Assembly: GCA_965649765.1 (NCBI GenBank)
Contig: OZ287756.1
Coordinates: forward strand, 17,856,001 to 17,920,000
Direction of reading: 5' to 3'
Length of the DNA stretch: 64,000 nt
DNA from: Bispira polyomma
Lineage: Eukaryota
The notes under the pieces are model-generated. The model was not told the DNA's origin. It searched no databases and worked only from the letters and a program-made list of their open reading frames with translations. Both the position numbers and the translations under genes were made by a program. Within the stretch, counting starts at the first letter, position 1, and every line of letters begins with the position of its first letter. Shown here piece by piece: positions 13,945 through 25,989 of the stretch.

Positions 13945-14280
13945 GTGGTTCCTGTGACTTAGGGAGTTGGTCTAATGATAAGAAGGTCCCGGGTTGTAAT
14001 CCCTGTATGGGTTTCTAGTTTCATTTGTGGGATAACTTCCTTGGGCAAGAGGTGTACATACGTTTGCCCAGTTGCCCAGATGACAACCTAAACTTGCGGT
14101 CCTCTGTCACTGGGTCCTATCCCCAGTGGTAGGCTAAAGATCCTTGGGGACGTTGATAAAGTCTCTCGCTTTCCAGTGAGGGGAATGGCAGTAACTGATG
14201 CAGTTGACTGTTACAGTCAGGAAAGGGTAAATTAGCGCTTTGAATATAGGTAGATATATGCACTGAGTGGAGATATGAAT
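13945..14280 (+). mobile_element. tRNA-derived SINE (family S1)
   Basis: Degenerate A/B-box head, tccttgggcaaga core and gcagttgactgttacagtcagg..agggt.aattagcgct tail; colinear with 52177-52510. Confidence 0.7.
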
Positions 14281-14631
14281 TTACATACTTATACTACAGT
14301 CTGCTGTTGTTGTTGTTGAAAACCGTTTTACAGAGGAAAACATTTTAAAAAGACAATACGACAATTTTATACCAGGTATTTTATTTGCAATCACTAAAGT
14401 CTACAGCCTCAGTCAGTATGGGTTTATGAAATATATATTGTTAGAAGAACATTGTTTTAAATTTAGAACAACTCTTTATACTACAGCCTGAGTTGTGTTG
14501 TACTCTAACCAATACATTTTACATAGTTTTTTACCCCTAAAATAATAGAACACAAAAACACTGTTATGGTGATGATATACTTTTAATAGTAAGTGGTTAT
14601 ATTTTATAGGTGACATATATTATATAAATTT

Positions 14632-14662
<31 letters not shown>

Positions 14663-14667
14663 AATTT

Positions 14668-14710
<43 letters not shown>

Positions 14711-14930
14711 ACTCATTCTTTGAATGTACATTTATATGTGTCTTAAATACCCATCATCAACAAGATTAAAAAGTACTGATAACCATTTATAGCATCTTAA
14801 ATATTTTTTTGGTGTCTTTCAATGCATATAGTAGATCATCAAAGTAGGCATTCAGTTATCTCCCACTGAAGAGCAGGTAAGTGATTTCAAATTTGATCCA
14901 GGAATCCAGAAGACTGTGAAAAAAAGAGAA

Positions 14931-15041
14931 GATATGGAATTGAAGGCAAGGAAGTGATCAGATGGGGAATTAAAGGTAAGTAAGGGATAAGATATGGAAT
15001 TGAAGTTAAGTAAGGAATAAGATAGGGACTTGAAGGTAAGG
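14931..15041. repeat. 30-bp tandem repeat, about 3.7 copies
   Basis: Unit about gatatggaattgaaggtaagtaagggataa. Confidence 0.75.
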
Positions 15042-15529
15042 ATCCAAACAGGTTTGTAACATCTAATCAAATCTAACTTTTATAGCACTTATCTCTGTGC
15101 TAGCAGATTTTAAGGCGCATGAGACAGAAACTCATTTTGAATATTCCACAAAGCCATTGGACGTATAGGGGTCGTGATCATGGGGATGCCGGTAAAAGGT
15201 AACAAGGCTATGATGGTAACATCCAGTATGGATGTGTTATATGGGACTGCTATGACGGACTGCTATGCGGAAAGCAAATAAAATCTATATATATACTGCC
15301 TATAGCTGTATTTGGTATTCAAATTTGTGCATATAATTGTGGAAACCATGGTCAAAGAAGTATTATAATCGGTACAGAATATAAGAAGGTTACAGCTACA
15401 AAACAAATACTTAATTTCCAAATATCCTGGGAACAAAATTTGGCTTTTGTTCTAAACATTTGTTGTAACATTTCATTTAACAAGCATCTTTTACTAATAT
15501 TAAATTTAAAGACAATTGTACCAAGGATC

Positions 15530-15535
15530 TTTATT
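15530..15535 (-). promoter_or_regulatory. Candidate polyadenylation signal of Link paralogue B
   Basis: AATAAA on the minus strand about 130 nt after the stop codon. Confidence 0.5.
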
Positions 15536-15661
15536 CAAAGTAAAATTTGTACATAAGACAATATCATTGGTAATAAGCTATACCATATTATAATAACAGA
15601 GTGTCATAGTGTAGTAAGTTCCTAGTACAAATTAAAACCATCAACATTCATTAGCTGTACT

Positions 15662-18600
15662 TTAGGCCAATTTATTGGCTATATCTTTGCTGAAGCACCA
15701 AGCATTCCAAGTGCGCTGCCATGTACAGTTGTACCGGATACCTGGTCCAATCTGAAAACATATGGATATATATGAATATACCTGTCATATTAAATATGAA
15801 ACAGCATTTGTTTTGCTCTTTAATCAGGCTGTTTAAATCTAAACTAAGTTTATATTCTTTTATCCACTAAACCCTTTCGATCCCAAGGGGAAACTATCGC
15901 CAGGGACTGAAGGACATTTAGGGGGTAATAGGTTACACATAGCTTGAGTCAGTATAACACACCCCACAGACTACTTCCGGCATTTAAAAACGGCCTTACA
16001 CATATACATATATATACATATATTATCCTATATATATTATCCTATAACGATTCTGCTGTACTGACCAGTTTGTATGCCCAAGAAACTAAAGGAAAATATA
16101 ATAATTATTTTGGGGAGGGTTGTAGACTACTTTCCAACAGACATAAGCTCTGGAAGTAACAATTGCTGTCATCTTGTAATTTGCAGCATATGCGTCGAAA
16201 GAGTTAATAAATTTTAGATTGCTTAATTATTTTGCCAAGCCAATTATATTTTTAGAATATTTATCTAAAAATCAGTTATATGAATAACAATTTTAACAGC
16301 ACTGATGTCTCATCAAATACACGAATATTAAAGGTATTTTTGGCTTTGTTCGTACTTAAAAAATACAGTATAATGTCAAATTAATAATGTGTATGAAAAA
16401 ATATTGTAAGACACCAATAAGATGCTGGTCACTCCCCTTCCCTGGTAGTCAATATCATGCAAGATAGACCACACCATAAGGATGCCCCCAGATAACATCA
16501 CCACACACACACTGAGATGGTACTAGATAGGTCACACCCTAAGGAGGCCCCCAGATAACATCACCATACATACACTGAGATGGTACTAGATAGACCACAC
16601 CCTAAAGAGGCCCCCAGATAACATCACCACATAGACACTGTGATTGTTCTAGATAGACCACAGCCTAAAGAGGCCCTCAGATAACATCACCACACAGACA
16701 CTGAGATGGTAATAGATAAACCACACCCTAAGGAGGCCCCCAGTTAACATCACCAGACAGACACTCAGGTGGTACTAGATAGACGACACCGTAAAGAGGC
16801 CCACAGATAACATCACCAGACACTGAGATGGTACTAGATAGACCACACCCTAAAGAGGCCCACAGATAACATCACCAGACAGGCTCTGAGGTGGTACTAG
16901 ATAGACCATACCCTAAGGAGGCCCCAGATAACATCACCAGACAGACACTGAGAAGGTGCTAGATAAGTCATACCCTAAGATAGCCCACAGATAGCATCAC
17001 CAGACAGACCCTAATATTGTACTTGATAGGTCACAGCCTAAAGAGGCCCCCAGATAATATCACCAGACAGACACTGAGATGGTACTAGATAGACCACACC
17101 CTAAGGAGGCCCCCAGATAACATCACCGAGCAGGTACTGCTATTCTACTAGATAGACCAAACCCTAAGATAGCCCCCAGATAACATCACCACACAGACAG
17201 GCTCTGAGATGGTACTAGATAGGCCACACCCTAAGATAGCCCCCAGATAACATCACCAGACAGATACTGAGATGGTACTAGATACGTCACACCCTACAGA
17301 GGCCCCCAGATAACATTACTACACAGACACTGAGATGGTACTAGATAGGCCACACCCCAAGGAGGCCCCAGATAACATCACAAGACAGGCTCTGAGATGG
17401 TACTAGATAGGCCACACCCTAAGATAGCCCCAGATAACATCACCAGACAGATACTGAGATGGTACTAGATACGTCACACCCTACAGAGGCCCCCAGATAA
17501 CATTACTACACAGATACTGAGATGGTACCAGATAGGCCACACCCCAAGGAGGCCCCAGATAACATCACCAGACAGGCTCTGAGATGGTACTAGATAGGCC
17601 ACACCCTAAGATAGCCCCCAGATTACATCACCACACAGATACTGAGATGGTACTAGATACGTCACGCCCTACAGAGGCCCCCAGATAACATCACTACACA
17701 GACACTGAGATGGTACTAGATAGGTCACACTCTAAAGAGGCCTCCAGATAACATCATCAAAAAGACACTGAGGTGGTACTTGATAGGTCACACCCTAAAG
17801 AGGACCTCAGATAACATCACCACACAGACACTGAGATGGTACTAGATAGGTCACACCCTAAGGGAACCCCCAGATAACATCACCATACAGACACTGAGAT
17901 GGTACTAGATAGACCACAACCTAAAGAGGCCTCCAGATAACATCACCAGACAGGCTCTGAGATGGTACTAGATAGACCACACCCTAAGGATGCCCCCAGA
18001 TAACATCACCACACACACACTGAGATGGTACTAGATAGGTCACACCCTAAGGGGACCCCCAGATAACATCACCATACAGACACTGAGATGGTACTAGATA
18101 GACCACACCCTAAAGAGGCCTCCAGATAACATCACCAGACAGGCTCTGAGATGGTACTAGATAGACTACACCCTAAGGAGGCCTCCAGATAACATCACCG
18201 GACAGGTACTGCTATGGTACTAGATAGGCCATACCCTTAAAGGCCCTCAGATAACATCACCAGACAGACACTGAAATGGAATCTACAATATAAGAGGAAG
18301 ACTGGCAATAACTTACCTTGTTAGTACAGCCATCACGTGCATACCAGATGGGGTAGATAGCATAGCCCTCCTCAATCCACCCACAGGAACACATGTCCAT
18401 ACCTAGAACACAGAAGAGTTTACAAAAGCTACCTGACAAAATTTCATATCATAGGGCAGTTTCAGTGCTGGAGGAAACCAATGTTGTACAGATGTATAAA
18501 GGGACAAAATAAGTAATAAACTTATGATGATAAATCCAAACTACATAAACAAAAGCAAACTTATGACACCTCAAAGTCATACAGTACCTCTTTCCCAGGC

Positions 18601-20806
18601 AGCCAGCATCTGTTCATATGTAGCTAGCTGTGCCCCCTTGTTTTGGCAGGCTTCTCTGGCATCAGACAGGGTGAACTGGTAATGTCCATAGTCAGACGAG
18701 AGTGAGAACACTGGGTAGGCTGTGAAATGATTACAAAATATTTACAGTTTAGGCCACTACAATAGAGTATTTACTGGTGCTGTAATAGGTAAGACCTGCT
18801 AAAAAATAGTTAATGCCCGCCCTGAATATATAATGGTTATAATTTTTCCGAGAAGCATTGAGATTCTAACACGAATGCTGTGGTATTGGCTACAAAATGA
18901 GACATATTGAAAACATATTGAAAAACAATCTTCCAAGACTTATTTCCACCACTTAAACAATGGGTTGACCTTAGCTGATAGTGGGTTTCAACTGTTACAA
19001 CACCAGTAGCAGTAAAAGTATTATGTTTAGTATTTAAGAGGCAAAGTACACTCTCTTTCTCTTCTTGTTTACAGTTTTGTTTAAAGTTTCTATTGGACTA
19101 AGGCTAAATAAGGTGTCATTTATGTTAACTGGGGCCACTACTTTGGTGGAACCAGTTGGATATTGACTAATGTAATACACAATGACATTAGAGAGTATTT
19201 AAGTATATAAGTACATCTATCTTTTAGTTCTGTAAATTGTAACTTATTGTCCATTTGTTAGTATTTGTATGTAATAATAATCAAAAAGAGAAAAATTATG
19301 AGATGTTGTAAGAAACAAGCACAATAAATCATCTTTACACATAAAAAAGAACAAAAAATCTATAAGTGTGTACTTACCTGGCCTGTATTCTATGGGTATG
19401 ACGTCACTTCCTGTTGGCCTACTTATCACGAACTTTGTCATGGCCATTACAGTAGCAGTCTGTGCAGTCAACAGGTCCTTCAGGTTACTGATTTCTTCGA
19501 TTAAATCTTCTGTCTTAACTGCGGCTCCTAGATTTGAAAATTAAAAAAAATGACCTAACTATAATGGACAAAAGATTCATATTGATTTTCGTATTCGAAT
19601 TAATACTCTGGCACTTTGAAAGCAATAATTTTAACTGGAAATGTGCTTATTACCTTGTGTCACTGTAATAAATGAATCTACTGATGAAAAAGCTTATTCT
19701 CTTTTTAGACTAAAAATACTAACATCCCAGTGAAGAAAATCAATACTGTCCCATTCTATTAAACATATAAGGGCGAGGCTTGTCGAGTAGTGAAGAATAA
19801 GGAATAATCATGGAGAATGAGCTACTAACACTAAGACGATATCCTTATTCGCCGTGCATTTACAGCAACAATTCGTGCATTATAACTGTAAAATAACCGG
19901 ATTCTGAAGTGGGTTTGTGAAAAATTCAAGTTCCAGCATAAATAATTCTGTTTTACAAAAATCAGGATACACATCAGCTACACATTTGTTTTCAGTCAAT
20001 GTTAAACAATATAGTAATTATAAACTACCTATTTCCTTAAATTGATCTTGTTCTCAAATCCCTTGACACAGAATATAATTAATGCCAAACCACTTACTAA
20101 TATTATTTATAGAAAAAGAATCATTAAAGGGCAGTCAGTAGAGTACACACCTCCGCCAAGGTAGCACCTTGAAGCAAAATTTAATAGAAGCCTGGATCAG
20201 CCATTCTAGCCGTATTTACCCCGAAATTTAACAGTCTTCCTAAGTCACACAGGCTAATGTCTGACAGTTACTTTTTAATGTTATAATAATTTCATTGAAA
20301 ATGCAAAGGGGATCAGTTGGATAATCAGTTACATTTGATATAATTCCAATTTTTTTGGCCATACATTTTATCACAATTTAAAAACAAAATACATCATAGA
20401 TAAGCCATATTAAAATTGTTTACAATCTATTTTTTATTTGTACCTGTCATTATACTGCAAGCCTATACTTTTTCTTCCAGAAATACTGAGTACTCCATTA
20501 TTAAAATTAGATATTCTCGGTCCTTTAAAGAAATACACACAAAAACACACACAACTTACCATCACAACCCTCCTCTGACTTTCCGCAGAAATTGTTACAG
20601 ATGAAATCCAGTCCGTCTCCAAAGTCGTCCCCCATGTCGGATGGATCCAGATTACTTAAATCCATATTCGCAAAATCCATCCCCTCGAAGAATTGCCTGT
20701 TATTAACTGCTTTATCATCTGGAGACTTACTACTTAGGACCAGTGTGGAGGTTAAACACAGTATTTGTAGAAGCAGCACCAATGGTAATCTGGCTCCCTT
20801 AGACAT
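15662..20806 (-). CDS. Secreted single-Link-module (Xlink) protein, paralogue B, 234 aa; exons 20806-20560, 19527-19378, 18719-18588, 18402-18317, 15751-15662
   Basis: GT-AG introns with the same phases (1,1,1,0) and the same 86-nt exon 4 as paralogue A; the 705-nt join is open. Translation: MSKGARLPLVLLLQILCLTSTLVLS (signal peptide), an acidic segment ending ICNNFCGKSEEGCD, GAAVKTEDLIEEISNLKDLL...PIEYRP, AYPVFSLSSDYGHYQFTLSDAREACQNKGAQLATYEQMLAAWER GMDMCSCGWIEEGYAIYPIWYARDGCTNK IGPGIRYNCTWQRTWNAWCFSKDIANKLA. Confidence 0.92.
16465..18275. repeat. Minisatellite with a 60-64-bp unit, about 28 copies, in intron 4 of paralogue B
   Basis: Unit about cccagataacatcaccacacagacactgagatggtactagatagaccacaccctaaggaggcc. 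Confidence 0.97.
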
Positions 20807-21123
20807 AGTGAGTGGTGAAAGTTTGAACAAAAATCTGACAATCTGAAATGATTGAAACAAGCAGTAGCTTTTTGGCTTTTAACATTGAATGTTGATGGAT
20901 ATAGGAGCCAATTTGATGTATATATATATATACACACCCGTATGTGTATTTGTACTGTACTGTGGGATACTCTATATTATTGTGTGTAGGATGTGCATAT
21001 GTGGTGTGTGCTTTTTGCATCTGAGTCAGATTTGTGCAGTGTTGGTAGGAACTTGTCCAGACTTGTATTTAAACAATAACAGAAACAGGTTGTGTCAGAT
21101 TACTTAGGAAAATTTTAATATTT

Positions 21124-21410
21124 AGATAAACACCAAGTGGCACTACATTATGTAAAGTTAATGGTGTACGAAGATCTTTAGGCCTGAGTACCCATTAAGC
21201 CCACATAATGTAAGTACCACCAGGTGTTTATCTATTATGAAACGCAACTAAAACAACATTTTTGAATGAAAATTAAATTATGAATGCTTCTTTAAATATT
21301 TACTTTATTAAATGGTAGTAAAATGCTACTACTACATTATTTTCTAATGCTACATTATTAGAAAATAATGTTGTGACAATTCAATGGCAATGCATAGCGC
21401 TTGGGTTTTA
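21124..21410. mobile_element. Non-autonomous repeat with an imperfect palindrome of about 108 bp; internally deleted copy at about 12709-12862
   Basis: gataaacaccaagtggcactacattatgt...acataatgtaagtaccaccaggtgtttatc; both copies share the start and the ctacattattt..aatgctacattat...aatggcaatgcata segment. Confidence 0.7.
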
Positions 21411-22157
21411 TATTGTGCCAACTAGCTTGATAGAAACTGCTACTTTTGTTACATGAATAGGGTTTCAAAGGTATTTGCTATTTTACAAAGGAAGAATATG
21501 TGTAACATAAATAACTCTCTCTTCATTTATATATTATGTATCCACACTACTAATTTTATATTATTTGAATGGACCATCATTTTGTGAATAAAATAGCGTT
21601 CATCTATCTCCCTATCTATATAAATATATGTTTTTAGGTGACCTTAACTTAATAATAATAAAGCTAACCACCTCTTAATGTCTGGCCTAATTTAAGATTG
21701 CTTTACCATATTTTATAAATAAGGTGGCCCATTTTCTCTTATAAAATTGTGTAAATAGTTTCACTGGGTTGTTATTCTACTGATACACTCATGCTTAAAA
21801 CTAATACTCTTACTCAAATACAGGGCTATTTGGAAATCCTTATTACATGGAAATAACCTATACTTGTGACCATTCATTTTAAGAGAGCTTTCAAATGCGA
21901 ATTCAATTATGCAGTCAGATTTTTATCTACTTTTACTATATCCAGAGTTATAAGAAAATCCAGAATTGAGTTAAGTATCAGTTTGAGATGAGTGTATGTT
22001 CGAGAATATACGAGTCCTAGTGTGTATATGTTTTTCACATTGTATGTCTGAGTCAGCAATTCATTTGAAGTGTATCTATAATATTATAGATGTGCACTAT
22101 GTGAGGGACCTGGCTGGGGTTATTATTATAAAGGTGGATAAACAAATACTGGTTTTA

Positions 22158-22730
22158 AGCCCTGGTCATACTGAGTATGTTCATGTTTACGTTCGTTTCT
22201 GTTTTTTTTAAAGAAACGCAAGCTGACTAAAATACACGAAGTGAAATTTGGGTAACGTAACAAAAAATCAATGTATGGGCCATTTTGTACAGGTATTGTA
22301 CACACATTCAACCCGTTGTAATATCCGTTTCAATTACGTTTGTACAGTTAGCCATATTTCTAAGCCATATTTCTAAGCCACGTTTCTCAATACATTAGAC
22401 ACGTTTCTAAACATGTTTTAATCTCATTCGTCACCCTAGTTTTAGATAGGTTACATTCGCTGACCCTCATGTTAGATAGGTTGCATTCAGACGTGTCATA
22501 CGTTTCCTGCGAACGCACCAGCCATTTAGTGGAGATTCTAGGATTCCAGGCCCAAACAGACTTACATTTCGTGCAACACGAAACGATGAAATTAAGGGAC
22601 CATATCACATGCATTCGTTTGCATACGCATACTACTTCAACTATGCAAATATTTATGTTTCACCTTACGTTTGCTATTTTTAGCCATTTTGTTAGCGTAA
22701 TCGAAACATAAGCCCAATGTAACCGGGGCT
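22158..22730. mobile_element. PIF/Harbinger-type non-autonomous element
   Basis: TIR AGCCCTGGTCATACTG / CAATGTAACCGGGGCT with a TTA duplication on both sides. Confidence 0.75.
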
Positions 22731-25700
22731 TTAGTCTCTTAGATGGTAATTTTTAGTTATAGAATTTCACTGGGAATTCATCAATAATTACATTTGATGG
22801 GAAGGTTATGTTATTGAATCCATTAGTTTGTTTGTTTGTGACTATTACACAACAATACACCACTGAACTAAATGACACATGGAATTAGGTGGGTTGGGGG
22901 GATGGGGGGGGAGTGGGGGAGGGGGTAGGGCCAAGCAAAAAATCAATTAAACCTTTACCAGATCTGGGTAGAAGAAAGGATGCATTTTTTGCCGTACTTT
23001 GCATTATGGCACCTCGGCGGAGGAATGCACTCCACTTACTGCCCTTCTAGGTTTTCTGATACTTATGGGGTACAAAAAAGATATTTCGAATGTGGTTCTT
23101 AAATTCAAGGATACTTATATTATGAAATAAATATATGGTTTATGACTGTTTTTGGCAACACAAATACACACCAGTTTTAAAGATTACAGACATGATTGTT
23201 CCTATTAAATACTGCACACTGAAGCAGCTAATATAAAGGAAACTGTCATTTTATTGAGAAAACAAAAAGATGTACGAAACGTTTACAGGTGAACTTTTGA
23301 AATAAGATAAATAGACACACACAAAACTACTGTTTACTTTATATTAGTTTCACCAAACTATAAATTCTTGATTTTTGAATTATTTTTTGTTATTCTTACT
23401 GTTAAAATCTACACTCAAAGTTTTTGTTTTGGTTCAAAAACTTATATTATTAACTATGACAAAAACTTGTATACTAACTATGTATCTTGTTATTTTTTTC
23501 ACCAATTTGTGAACACACTTGTTATTTTGAATTCAGGGTTACATTCAGTAGACATTTACAAACAGAAATATATCAGGGCTATCATTATACAATCAGAACT
23601 TATATAATAATTATATGTATTCACTGTAGCATTTTTTTTTTTTTTTTTTTTTTTTGATATTATACTGGTCAGGTGCAATGAGGCATTATAAATATAACAG
23701 CTGATTTATGTCATTATCTACTGATTGCCTCCTCTCCTAACACCAATTCTCCTGCCCTCAGCTGACTTAATATAAACAGGATGTATTTCCAATTGAAAAT
23801 AAATACTGCTGACTGTGCAATAAAAACAAATGTGTCAATTGTGCAGAAAAACTAGAACAAAAACACATACATGATTTTGTTTTACATTTAAAAACCCAAA
23901 CCAAACTGTTAGTTTCTTTTAGCCGTGTTTAAGGCCCACAGAAAAACATATTCACTAAAAAAAGGAAGGGAATCACTTCCAGGGAATTAATGGAATATTA
24001 ATTTTCTCAGCCCATGAATTCAATTGGTATTGGTTGATTTGCTGACAAATATATACCATAATACCAAATATATGCCAAATATATGCCATAAAATCAATTC
24101 TACTAAATACCATAAGTTTAGGTTTTATGATCAGCCTTTGTAACTATATACTTGCGTCTTTGTAGTAATTGCAATTGTGGGTTCAAATCCTAGAAGAAAA
24201 GTAGAGAATTAAATTTGAATTCACTCTATTATAATGAATACGTAATGAACAAGTATAGTTTTTGTCTACAGTGGCTTAGTGGTTCGAGTACTTCGACTTT
24301 GGATCAGAGGGTCTCAGGTCCGATCCTTGCTACAAGCATAAAGATTGTGTCCTTGGACAAGCTACACAAAATCGTCAACTCTTCATCCAGGACTGTAAGT
24401 GACAACAGGGATAAGTATGCTTCTTGATGGAGCTGAGAGTGAACAATTAGTTGACAAATGGAAGAATCAAGACTGGGGGTGTGTAAAATGTAAAGTCTGA
24501 TGAGACCTCACTAGGGGTAATATCAGATTATAAACCTACACACATAATACAAGGACTTGTAAATCATGATTTTAGTCCCTAATTTGCTCTTCAAATAGAG
24601 AGGGTACAGTTAAATGGACATTATTGCTGGGGATATTTTACTCACAGGCAGGTTAAATCCCTATAATAACAAACAAGATTATTCAACACCTAAAGGTGAG
24701 AGAGCCTCGGTGGAGCACATAGCATACATTAGTTTCCTCTAGCACTGAAACTGCTTGTGATATGACACATTAAAACCCAAATCAATTCTAATAAAAAATC
24801 TACACCTCAAGTGTCAATTTTTTGTTATGAATATTTTTTTAATAACCAAGAGCCTTAAGTAAGACTAGGTTTTTAGAGTATCGCCCACGCTGTTCATATT
24901 GCTTCATATCCTTGATAAAAGATACATTTTACAATTAGTAAGGTGATCATCATTTGCCAGTAATATATAATTATGTCCTTTTCCTCAGATCAGTTGCCTG
25001 AAACATGAATATATTATGTGGGGACATCCACATCTAATTTGTGGTTTAAACTTGGTGTTATACACATGTGTTACCTAACTTGTAAAAAAAACCTGATGGT
25101 CCAAAGCCAGTACAAACAGTGAATTAAACTCTACACTGGAACTGCCTCCCCTTGATAATAAGGAATTAAGGTATCTCAATTTATGCCGGTCCCGCTGCCT
25201 GACTGGGGCTTTAGACAAACAGGGTACTGCCAAATAAAGTTAGCCGTCGACTGTTAGTGGACAAGATAAGTCGGGAGGGCTCAAAAGATATGTCTTAACC
25301 TTAAAAGGATAAGTCGTAACCTCTAAACGATAAGTCTTAACCTCATTCAAAAAGTCTCTCCTGCTGCCGTTTAAGGTGACATTTATAATTTTGTCTATTT
25401 TTTCCCCCTGTTCCACTATGCCAATCATTGCTCCTGACAGTTATGATTATGCATTCGGTGCATACTCAGGGACATAATCGGGGAGGGGGAGGGGGGGGGG
25501 GGGTAGTTGCGGTTGTTCAACTTATCTTTGATAATTAGATAATTAGACTCGGAGTCCTTCGGCTAGGTTTTTCACTCTGGGAGTGAGCGATCATTGTCCA
25601 ATAAGTGGTATATTTGAGTTAAAGCATGTGCTTAAGTTTCAGACCCTTGATAAATACAACCCGTGATGTACAACATGGACAATTTGCTGTTTGTAATATG

Positions 25701-25989
25701 AATGTGTGGCAATTGTAATAAGGGCTTTCGTGCCTTTTCATCTTTCCATAGTGAATCGCCACTACTCGTAAAGTAATCATCACACAACATTAAGCATTCT
25801 TTAATATTTTTATTTATTATTAACTATTCTTTGATTTTAGTTTTTTTTAAAAATCCTCCTATCAACTTTGCATGTTACATCACCTTAAGCTACAACCACG
25901 CACACAAATATAGTAACTGCAAATTCCCATAGATTTTTTTAATGTGTGCGTATTCTTGGCTTACTCTTCATGTGACCCGGCCTTTAACA

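Noticed and set aside
16465-18275. CRISPR-like appearance of the regular array
   Set aside because: The whole unit repeats with no unique spacers, no cas genes are present, and the context is a eukaryotic intron.
20807-20860. Longer N-terminus for paralogue B suggested by the ORF track
   Set aside because: It starts at a non-ATG codon; the ATG at 20806 directly precedes the signal peptide.
22888-22930. G-rich tract able to form a G-quadruplex upstream of paralogue B
   Set aside because: Similar poly-G and poly-C runs occur at 7339, 25480 and 49571 with no positional pattern, so there is no evidence of function.
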